A stretch of 62,292 bases of DNA, counting the filler. It is 6 parts of 6 records of this genome, joined end to end, with 100 filler letters (N's around TTAATTAATTAA, not from the genome) between each part and the next. Parts side by side here need not be neighbours in the genome. Positions count along the whole stretch, not along the records: positions 25,215 to 34,788 come from SRR31156797_9638; positions 34,889 to 44,135 come from SRR31156797_9644; 4 more parts are not named here. One strand, given 5' to 3'. The notes below the pieces were generated by a model that ran no database searches, was not told where the DNA came from, and saw only the letters and a program-made list of their open reading frames with translations. How positions within the stretch are numbered: the stretch's first letter is position 1; each line of letters opens with the position of its first letter. Positions 30,855 to 40,133 of the stretch are shown here, piece by piece. The position numbers were made by a program, and so were the translations under genes.

Positions 30855-31624
30855 CAGATTGTACCTCCCAGCATTTTGTAGTAGACTATCGCCAAGCACA
30901 TAGCTATTACCATAGAAACTGGTAATGCAAATGACTCAAGCCATTTTAGCTTCTTTACTTTCTCAGTTAACAATGTAAACATCAGCATTATTATAGCCGA
31001 TGATACTAATACAAGAATCGAAGTAATACCTGTATAAGCTGGAACAGTACCCTTTACAAGTCCTACTATCGGCGGTGCAACTATACTGCCAAAAAATGAT
31101 GCAATCAAACCCATAAATAATGCAGTAACCAACATTTCACCCCATGTTCTATCAGTGTTTTGCATTTTATCCATTTTCTTTTGTACAATTTTAACACCAT
31201 TTAGAATGCAAAACAGCAGTCCCCAAATAATGCCAATACTCATAGTCAGTACCATACCTGCAAATATATCCATTGTAAAGTTTGGGTCAGTCAAACCTGT
31301 CATACCCATAGCCTTAGCAGCTGTTTCAGCAACCGGTAGTTCATAGGTTACAGCACCTACTACTGACAGTCTAATCCATGAAATTGGCTTGCCCAATGAT
31401 GGAATTAATGTAAATAGCGCAATTACTATTGGTATACTAGGCAGTATAGTGAATATTGCTGAACTCTTTATCGCTGAGTTCAATTTTTCTTTGTCCATTC
31501 CCATTTTCAGCCCCTGTTTATATGCACGAACTAGAAAAATCAATGATTGAAGCACAACAAATGATGCTATTATTATTCCTAGTGTGAACAAGAAGCTGGA
31601 ATTAATCTTCTCCTGATAACTCAT
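30854..31624 (-). CDS. DUF5058-like integral membrane protein
   Basis: SSAIFTILPSI and LG.P..WIRLSVVGA..YE motifs, multi-TM, GGAGG RBS. Confidence 0.72.
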   Translation of the reverse strand: MSYQEKINSSFLFTLGIIIASFVVLQSLIFLVRAYKQGLKMGMDKEKLNSAIKSSAIFTILPSIPIVIALFTLIPSLGKPISWIRLSVVGAVTYELPVAETAAKAMGMTGLTDPNFTMDIFAGMVLTMSIGIIWGLLFCILNGVKIVQKKMDKMQNTDRTWGEMLVTALFMGLIASFFGSIVAPPIVGLVKGTVPAYTGITSILVLVSSAIIMLMFTLLTEKVKKLKWLESFALPVSMVIAMCLAIVYYKMLGGTI

Positions 31625-31672
31625 ATATCCTCCCAAAAATATATTTAATATTAAAAGAGGTAAGCTTAAGAC

Positions 31673-32746
31673 TTACCTCATTGTAACAAATTCCTTTAAC
31701 TTCAATATAACTTTTTCCATATCGTCTTTTGTACCGATACTAATACGCAAGTAGTCAGATATCCGATCAGGCTTTTTAAAGTGTCTTACTAATATCTTAT
31801 TATACTTTAAGTATTTGAATATATCAACTGCATCATGTTTATTATGCTTGACAAACACAAAATTCGTATAAGAATTAGTAGTGGAAAATCCTAATTTCTT
31901 TATCTCTGATATAAAAAACTCACGGGTATTTACTACTCTTTGACAGATATCATTCATATATTCATTGTCAAGTATTGCTTGTGTAGCACCTGCCTGGCAT
32001 ATAGTATCCAATGAGTATGAATTAAATGAGTTTTTTACCCTTATTACACCATCAATTAAATGTGGCTGTGCCATAACATAACCGCATCTTAGTCCTGCCA
32101 GTGAATGAGATTTTGATAGTGTTCTCACTACAACCAGATTATCATAATCTGGTATTAGTTTTCCCGCCGTTTTCCCGCCAAAATCAATATATGCTTCGTC
32201 AACTATTACAACCTTACTAGGATTGTTGTCCAAGACTATTTTGATTTCATTTAGAGTTAATAGCTCGCCTGTGGGTGCATTGGGGTTAGCAAGAATTATT
32301 CCGCTGCAATCTAGATTCCTGTAATCATCAACATTAATTTTTAAGTCATTATCCAGCGGTATTTCTCTGTAACTGAGTTCAAACAATTTACAGTAAACAG
32401 GATAAAAAGAATACGTAATATCTGGAAAAATAACATCCTTTTGAGTATCAAAGAATGCGTAGAAACAGAATGCAAGCACCTCATCAGAACCATTACCTGT
32501 GTACACATAGTCTATGTTGGGAAGTCCTTCAACATCGGTTATTGCTTGACGCAAAGTTTCACACTCCGGCTTTGAATACTTCTTAAGATTAGCATCCACA
32601 GCATCCCTCATTGCTTCAATCGCTTTAGGACTTACAGAGTATGGATTCTCATTTGTATTAAGCTTAATAATACTTTTATCATTTAATTGCTCACCGGGAA
32701 CATAGGGCGTTAAATTATTAGCTCTTTTTGATAAGAATTTATTCAT
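31673..32746 (-). CDS. hisC: Histidinol-phosphate aminotransferase
   Basis: PYVPGEQ, KLNTNENP, NGSDE, NPNAPTG, DEAY and RTLSKSHSLAGLR.G motifs. Confidence 0.92.
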   Translation of the reverse strand: MNKFLSKRANNLTPYVPGEQLNDKSIIKLNTNENPYSVSPKAIEAMRDAVDANLKKYSKPECETLRQAITDVEGLPNIDYVYTGNGSDEVLAFCFYAFFDTQKDVIFPDITYSFYPVYCKLFELSYREIPLDNDLKINVDDYRNLDCSGIILANPNAPTGELLTLNEIKIVLDNNPSKVVIVDEAYIDFGGKTAGKLIPDYDNLVVVRTLSKSHSLAGLRCGYVMAQPHLIDGVIRVKNSFNSYSLDTICQAGATQAILDNEYMNDICQRVVNTREFFISEIKKLGFSTTNSYTNFVFVKHNKHDAVDIFKYLKYNKILVRHFKKPDRISDYLRISIGTKDDMEKVILKLKEFVTMR

Positions 32747-34787
32747 CATCATCTTTTTGAATTTCTTCTGTTTCAAGTGTTTCATCTTCACGTTCTACTA
32801 CTTCAAAAGCTACTACTTTGTCATCATCACGAAGCTTCATAACCCTTACTCCCTGAGTAGCACGTCCGATTGTAGTAATGCTTTCTGCCTCCATACGTAT
32901 TATAGTACCATCAGATGATATTATCATAACGTCATTACTATCATCAACAGGCTTTAATCCAACCATTTTACCAGTTTTATCACTTAGCTTCATGGCGATT
33001 ATACCAACTCCAGCTCTGTTTTGCTGACGATATTCATCAAATACAGTTCGTTTTCCATAGCCGTTTTCGGTAATTGACAATAGTTCCTTACCCTCTTCTA
33101 CCAAGCCCATATCAACAGCAAAGTCGCCTTCACGCAATTTAATGCCTCTGACACCTGTTGATACACGATGCATCCAGCGCACATCCTCCTCGCTGAAACG
33201 AATTGCCTGGCCTTCATTTGATGCCATATAGATATCTTTCTTACCATCTGTTAAAACAGCTGATATCAATTCATCGCCATCAACCAGATTAATTGCCTTT
33301 AATCCCACATTTCGCAGATTGCTGTATTCTTCTAGTGGTGTTCGCTTAATTGTACCGAATTTAGTGGCAAGCACTAGATATCGATTCTCATAATCAATAT
33401 CATTTGCAAGAGGTATGACTGTGTTTACCTTTTCACCCGGATCCAGCATCAGTAGATTGATAACTGCTGTTCCTCTGGCTGTTCTGCTGGCTTCAGGTAT
33501 CTGCCAGCACTTAAGTCTGTGTACACGTCCTGAATTGGTAAAGAATAGAATCCAATCATGAGTGGAACTAGCTAAAATCTGATCAACATAGTCCTCATCT
33601 CGTGCAGACTGAGCTTTCACTCCTATTCCGCCTCTGCGCTGTGCCTTATACGTATCAGAAGATAGTCTCTTAACATAGCCTAGATGAGTCATGGTAACAA
33701 CCATCTCCTCTTCTTGAATTAAGTCCTCTGCATCGATATCATTATAATCTGTCTCTATTGATGTACGACGCTCATCACCATACTTTTGGCTGATCTCTGT
33801 CAATTCATCGCAGATAATATTCATAAGCAGTGATTCATCATCTAGGATTGACTGAAGATATACGATTTTTTCCTGCAGTTTATCATATTCAGCTTGTAGT
33901 CTCTCCCTTTCCAAACCTGTTAATCGTCTTAGGCGCATATCAAGGATTGCCTGTGCCTGACGCTCTGACAATTCAAACTGCTCCATCAAGCCAGCTTTTG
34001 CAATGGCATCTGTCTTTGATGCTCTGATTAATGCAATTACTTCATCTATTACATCCAGAGCCTTTAGGAGACCTTCCAATATATGAGCTCTAGCCTTCGC
34101 TTTGTTTAATTCATATTTTGTACGTCTTGTGACTACTTCTTTTTGGTGACCTATGTAGTGCTCTATTACTTCTTTCAAAGACAATACCTTTGGTTCGCCA
34201 TCAACAAGAGCCAGCATATTTACACCAAATGTATCTTGCAGCTGTGTATGCTTGTACAATAAATTCAATACAATATTTGCATTAGCATCACGCTTTAGTT
34301 CAATAACTACTCGCATACCAGTTCTGTCAGACTCATCACGAATATCTGAAATACCTTCGATACGCTTCTGACCTACCAAGTCAGCCATTTTCTCTACAAG
34401 GCGGGCTTTATTGACCTGATACGGCAGTGAGGAAATAATAATTCTGGTGCGATTGTTGCCATACTCTTCTATTTCTGCTTCGCCGCGAACTATGACCTTA
34501 CCACGTCCAGTACTGTATGCCTGCAAAATACCACCTCTGCCCATGATTCTTGCTCCGGTTGGGAAATCAGGTCCTGGCATTATTTGCATTAATTCACTAG
34601 TTGTAATTTCAGGATTATTAATTGTTTCTATTACAGCTTCAATAGTCTCTCCTAAGTTATGAGGAGGAATATTTGTTGCCATACCAACAGCAATACCGCT
34701 AGAGCCATTAACCAAAAGATTTGGATATCTGGCTGGCAGTACTAATGGCTGGGTCTGGGTTTCATCAAAGTTTGGTCCGAAATCAAC
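32739..34787 (-). CDS. gyrA: DNA gyrase subunit A (5' partial)
   Basis: GIAVGMATNIPPHN, GPDFPT, GyrA box QRRGGIG and beta-pinwheel repeats; frame open to the contig edge. Confidence 0.96.
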   Translation of the reverse strand, partial: VDFGPNFDETQTQPLVLPARYPNLLVNGSSGIAVGMATNIPPHNLGETIEAVIETINNPEITTSELMQIMPGPDFPTGARIMGRGGILQAYSTGRGKVIVRGEAEIEEYGNNRTRIIISSLPYQVNKARLVEKMADLVGQKRIEGISDIRDESDRTGMRVVIELKRDANANIVLNLLYKHTQLQDTFGVNMLALVDGEPKVLSLKEVIEHYIGHQKEVVTRRTKYELNKAKARAHILEGLLKALDVIDEVIALIRASKTDAIAKAGLMEQFELSERQAQAILDMRLRRLTGLERERLQAEYDKLQEKIVYLQSILDDESLLMNIICDELTEISQKYGDERRTSIETDYNDIDAEDLIQEEEMVVTMTHLGYVKRLSSDTYKAQRRGGIGVKAQSARDEDYVDQILASSTHDWILFFTNSGRVHRLKCWQIPEASRTARGTAVINLLMLDPGEKVNTVIPLANDIDYENRYLVLATKFGTIKRTPLEEYSNLRNVGLKAINLVDGDELISAVLTDGKKDIYMASNEGQAIRFSEEDVRWMHRVSTGVRGIKLREGDFAVDMGLVEEGKELLSITENGYGKRTVFDEYRQQNRAGVGIIAMKLSDKTGKMVGLKPVDDSNDVMIISSDGTIIRMEAESITTIGRATQGVRVMKLRDDDKVVAFEVVEREDETLETEEIQKDDDE

Positions 34788-34788
34788 A

Positions 34789-34888
34789 NNNNNNNNNNNN
34801 NNNNNNNNNNNNNNNNNNNNNNNNNNNNNNNNTTAATTAATTAANNNNNNNNNNNNNNNNNNNNNNNNNNNNNNNNNNNNNNNNNNNN
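34789..34888. other. Artificial contig spacer
   Basis: N44-TTAATTAATTAA-N44. Confidence 0.99.
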
Positions 34889-34898
34889 TTCGCTTATT

Positions 34899-37465
34899 TC
34901 ACGGAAAACATTTCCGCGTACTGGGGTATGCAAGTTTTTTGTATATGTCTTTACTTGGTTCCTTTTTAATAATATTGATGAGCGTATCTTTATCAATTTT
35001 ATATAAAATTCCCATTAAATATCCATACTCAATCCAGGTAACTATATTTTGACCAACAATTTTGGGAAGGTAATCTACCCATAAATCAGATTCATTACAT
35101 GGATTATTGCGGATTAATTCAATTAATTCTCTTGCGTAATCTGAAGACGGTATTTCTAAGAGTTGCCTAAAGCACTCTTTAACTATATCATTCCTTCCAC
35201 ACTCTGGAGGAACTACTATTATCTCACTTTGTGCAAAGATATCATCCTGATTTACAACTTTACCAACATTTATTCCGTCTATGATTATTTCAACCACCTC
35301 TTTAAGAAGGCGAGGGTACTGAGTAAATACCCAATTAGATAAAATTTGAGATGTCAACAAACTAGGATAATTTGTATATTTTAGTAATTTATCATCTTGT
35401 AATTCTTTTAATTTATGAATAAGTAACGGTAATTCACCTTTGCCAAAACATCCTGAAAGGAATCTTACAACGTTATGCCAATAATGGTCTCTTGCTATAG
35501 CATCAAATCGTTCAGGCTTTGTTCCTGTCTTTTCCTGACCAACAGGAGAGTATGGTGACGTATTATATAGGTATTTGGCACAAAAATACTCCCTAAGAGG
35601 TTGGGCCTCATATTTATACATCCCTTGAATAGTTGATACTAATGCACATACTCTCTCCTCCATAACATGAAAGAGATTGTCTGCAATATCAGTTCTATGT
35701 CCCTCTTTTAATAAATATTTTTTTAGTCTATCTTTTAATTCATCTAAATGTATGCTACCGCTATTGTTGTATAGCTCAGCTTCTGAATGCAATATCCATG
35801 CTATATATTGATGAATATCAATAATTAAATCTCTATGATCTCTAATTGTTGGGGTTTTTTCAGATTCTCTGTTAAAAAATAACTCAATGTAGCTGTCATA
35901 TAAAGCAGTTCTTTTATTTGGTAATGATTCGCCTCGAGTTCTTAACAGGCTTATAAAGATTGCTAATTGCATTGGGCTTTTGGCGAGATCTCTAAGATGA
36001 GGAAGCTTTAATTTCTCATCAACTAGTTTTTTAATACTTGAAGTTTCTCTACTGTCAAGTCTGCAAGCCTTTGTCCATCTTTCAACATATTCTTGTATAA
36101 CTAATGGGGTAATATCTGTTAATTCAAAATGAGGATATTGCTCAATAGAGAAACCAACTGAATCAGAAAAAGCAGCAGGTCTACTCGTAACAATTACTTG
36201 AATAGATTTTGAGTTTTCACTTAATCGATTTATACCTTTATTTATAAGATCTATAACACCCTCTCTAATTTTAAGATCTGCAATTTCATCAAATCCATCA
36301 AATACAAATAGAACAGAACTATTACTTAAAATTGAAACTAAATCTTCAGAGGTAAAATTATCAATCTGCGAATGGTATGTAATATGACCTACCAAAAAAG
36401 ATTCTAATGAGTTTTTCCAAATTGAATTAAAGTAATCATTACTTAATCTCTCTGTATAAGGGTTTATCTTTTCTACCCACAAAGCTACATGTCTTAAGTC
36501 AATTTTCAGTGGAAGTCATAATGATGTTTCTATGTGTTTTAAGGATAATCTACTAATGTCATATGATTTGTTAAGCAACCTTGCTCTATGTACTTGACAT
36601 ATATATTGCGAAATTGTTGATTTTCCCTGACCTGGCCCTCCTCTAAAAGTACTCTCTGAATTTCTTCTTGAACTTTGGAGTTTAACAAAAAACTAGCAGC
36701 TCCGACACTTTCATTATCATCTCTATAGTAGTTGTTTTCAATGTCCAGAAAAGGAGTGTTGTTTCCTAACACATTTAAAGTTTTTCTTAATGCTTTATTC
36801 TTTCGATTCCACTTTTTGATGGAAATTGGCACGTCAGTGAATAAATCTAGAAGTTTATTCTGTAAATCAATTTGTTTAAACTTTACTTCATTATCAATTG
36901 CATATTGATCAGCTAAATACGATCTAATTGTACGTTCTCTTTTTTCCTTATTTTCACTTAAATGATTTAACAACACTAAATTAAGTATGTCTTTACCATT
37001 AAGTATTTCAGGAAAAGTCCACATTAACGAATGACTTTTCTCAAAAAGCCTGCATAAATCATCTCTCCACCAACAGAAAGAAGGTACATTCATTACTGAT
37101 TCGAGAATTGTATTAACTTTATCTATTGAACCACTTTCAAGGTGAGCTGTTCCTTTTACATTTGTTAATAAATAAAATCCTATTGCACCCTTAGGAATTA
37201 ATCTATCTATTTTAGGAGCTTCCTTTTCTACGATTTCAGTAAACCATTTATGGACATCTTCAATTTTATTTGGATTCCTAACAAATTTTACTTGAAACAC
37301 TAAGAAATCTTTATTCTGATCTTTCCCAATATACACAACAGAATCTCAACCTCCATCTGGCTGACCAACAGGGAAAGCTTGAGAATTAGTAAATTCGTTG
37401 GAGATAATGCAATCACAAAGCTCTTGAAATCTTTCGGCTTCCAAGTTCTCAAATAAATAGTCCAT
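34899..37465 (-). pseudogene. Restriction endonuclease-like + NACHT (STAND) NTPase, disrupted
   Basis: ATG at 37465 gives MDYLFENL..ERFQELC..VGQPDGG*D..FQVKF. TGA at 37346-37348. Frameshift at about 36640 inside Walker A (GGPGQGKST). TGA at 36516-36518. Walker B FVFDGFDE and VTSRP follow. Confidence 0.85.
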
Positions 37466-37876
37466 AATTAAAACAGTTTAACCTTTATAATATTTTTGTG
37501 AAATTAATAATAAATATTAAATCAGTAGGATAAACCTAAATTTTACAATAATTATTTGTATCAATGTTGCAGCACTTACTTACTTTGTCTTTATCTTAAT
37601 ATGCAACAATACTAATATTTCAACCCGTTACCGCAAATGAACTTATCTTTTCTTCTTATTTTTCTATTGTATGATATCAATCTACCTTTTCCTTCTCCAG
37701 ACAGTAGTTTATTAGATTTGTTTTCAACTTCTTTGTTATACATCCATTCATCTTCATTAGGAGGTAGAGAGTAATTGTGACGTATCGGATTGCATTTCTG
37801 CCTTCATTCTTATCATTTGGTTGACTAACCATTCTCTTCCTTCATTCGAATAAACGATTAAGTATTATAAGACATT

Positions 37877-38826
37877 ACTTGTTGTGTAACTTAGATTTAC
37901 ACCTAAGAAGGTGCATAATTTTGGAATTATGTATATTAAGGTTTCGAAAAAAACGATTTAAAGACGTATTTCTAAAAATTTTGGAAGTATTAATTCGGTA
38001 TCGCAAGATCAGGTTGATTTAAACGTTAATTATCACAAACTTGTAGTAAAATCTATTTTTCTGACATTGTCTTAATTAGCTTAATTCTTACTAGCGAATG
38101 CTAATTTATTGATAGCAAAAATTCACTTCTCAAAAAGCTTAAAAACAACAAAGAGAACAATTTCCTAATCTGATTTACCGGACACAATATAACTGAAGGA
38201 AGAAATGCTAATTTGACTATATCGGATAGGTTCAGAATGTACTATGCATCCTTTTTTAAAATCATGACGATGTATTTATAATAGATTCTATACCTTTAAA
38301 GATATGTGGTGAAACTCCTGAATTTCGAGGTTAAAGGTCTGTAAATATATTTGATACAGCTCCATAAAAAATATTTATGCACTTCCCCAAACAAATACAT
38401 TTTTGATATAAGCTTCATGGCGTATGCACTATTGACGGTGTTTTTACAACTGTTGATCAGACTGTACTAACATTCATATTATTTAATTATTTACAAGAAA
38501 TAAAGTTCTATTATTATATAGTAAGCTTCGGGTAACAAAAGCTGTTTTCTAGAAGAACAACAATTGAATTTGTTTATTTCTGCATAAATTAAACTTGAAA
38601 TCCTAATGATGTTAAATCAACATAATTACGGATCAATCTTATATTTTCGAAAATCTCGCATAAGAATAGCAACACCTTATAGTCAACTATTCGATCAATT
38701 CTTAATCAGGAGAAAATATGCAGAAACATTTATTGGTTTAAAAACTAATACAATATTAAAGACCACTTCAATGACTATTAATTATTTTAACACAATAATC
38801 ACATAAGTTCAACACGCAACTAAAGT
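37877..38826 (+). mobile_element. Decayed, approximately full-length IS982-family element
   Basis: Left end ACTTGTTGTG. Transposase remnants in order across frames: SDI.LISL.LTSE, IDS.PL.IC, YKLHGVCTIDGVF, G.K...EEQQLNLF, FRKSR.RI.T.YSQL.DQFLIRR.YA. Degenerate right end near 38826. Confidence 0.8.
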
Positions 38827-38934
38827 ACATATTATTATTATGATTATATTTGCATTTAAATAATCATCCTTATAAATAAATTTTTAATATAAAATAAACA
38901 CATTACACCAATATTAATCAAAACAATTAAACTA

Positions 38935-39339
38935 ATGAAATCCACACTTCTCTTAACAATTATCTGCACCTTTTTATTTATAAGGTCTTTTGCCCAGAAT
39001 AATAATAAAAACCGGATGATTGAATATGAATTAGAGTATGAATATAATCCTAGTAAAAGTTCAGGTTTGGATTCTACTTTTATTATTTATTGTGTCTTTG
39101 ACAAAAATGAAATTGAAAATATAGATTCTATTCAAGTTATTAGAACAAAAAAAAATGAAGTTAAATCATTCTCAATTTGTCTTCAAACTACAGAAGTTGC
39201 CATAAGTATGAACAAAAAGATATATGTAAATATCGGCAATACAAATCAAGGTTTAACTACAAATGCCGTTTACTTCAAAGGTAAAAATGGAACGCATATT
39301 AAAGGAAACCTAAAAGTAAAAGGTCAAAAGCTTAACTAA
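38935..39339 (+). CDS. Hypothetical secreted protein
   Basis: Bacteroidota-type signal peptide (SFA-Q); TAATG coupling to the next gene. Confidence 0.65.
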   Translation: MKSTLLLTIICTFLFIRSFAQNNNKNRMIEYELEYEYNPSKSSGLDSTFIIYCVFDKNEIENIDSIQVIRTKKNEVKSFSICLQTTEVAISMNKKIYVNIGNTNQGLTTNAVYFKGKNGTHIKGNLKVKGQKLN

Positions 39340-40094
39340 TGAAAATAAATGATACACCTAAAAAACTTAGATTTCTTTATTTGTTACTTGTAATCATTTC
39401 TTTCAACTCATCTACATTTTTAGGTCAAAGTAAGGTTAAGCACAGGTTTGTTGAAGAAGGTAAAGAGTTTTTAATTTCTCAAACTATTGAAGGAAATACT
39501 TTACCTCAATATAGAAGATTTAAATTAGGTCCGATTGTTTTTTTTTGCCGAAATAATAATCATAAACCAATGACCAGATGGTGGAAAGTTCGATTTCAAG
39601 AAGATACAATAATAAATAATGAGATTTTCAAAAAGGTAATTCTATTTAATGGACATAGAAAATATTCGAACCGCTTTGTACAAGAGGATAATGCACAGAA
39701 TATAATTTTATTAAACAAAACGGGATCCAAACAGATATTATACCATTTTAATATTGATAGTATACAAAAGAACCATACGTTAATAAAGGTTGACACCATA
39801 ATCAATATGGGAATAAGAAGGGAACGATATACCTTCAAAAAGCATTCCGAAAAAGAAGAGCTAATTATTTGGGTGTCTGGCTTAGGAAATATGGGAGATA
39901 TAATTGATCTAGATATAAAAAACCAAAAATTTAGCAGAGTTTTTAAACAAAGTGAAGTAATTCCTAAAGTATGTAAGACAAAGCCTATTCTTGTTAGGGT
40001 TATGGTGAATAATAAGATAATATATCTTAATGAAAATTATAAAAATAGGAAACTCTCAAAGATCAATAAACTACTTGACAAAAATTCCAAATAA
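39339..40094 (+). CDS. Hypothetical secreted basic protein
   Basis: N-terminal hydrophobic signal; 251-aa ORF in AT-rich DNA. Confidence 0.65.
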   Translation: MKINDTPKKLRFLYLLLVIISFNSSTFLGQSKVKHRFVEEGKEFLISQTIEGNTLPQYRRFKLGPIVFFCRNNNHKPMTRWWKVRFQEDTIINNEIFKKVILFNGHRKYSNRFVQEDNAQNIILLNKTGSKQILYHFNIDSIQKNHTLIKVDTIINMGIRRERYTFKKHSEKEELIIWVSGLGNMGDIIDLDIKNQKFSRVFKQSEVIPKVCKTKPILVRVMVNNKIIYLNENYKNRKLSKINKLLDKNSK

Positions 40095-40133
40095 AATAAA
40101 ACATACTTTAAACGAAAATAAACAAATTGTCAA

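Noticed and set aside
36516-37348. TGA recoding (Sec or alternative genetic code) in the NACHT gene
   Set aside because: The TGAs sit at Arg-like rather than Cys-like positions, I see no SECIS-like hairpin, and there is also a frameshift in Walker A. Decay is the simpler explanation.
37600-37876. Minus-strand coding-like fragments (IVYSNEGREWLVNQM..., SLPPNEDEWMYNKE...)
   Set aside because: Broken across frames, with no start or recognisable family. Possibly a gene relic but not supportable.
37877-37892. GTTGTGT motif as an integron attC-like cassette end
   Set aside because: Better explained as the IS982 left inverted repeat; no integrase or repeated attC structures were seen.
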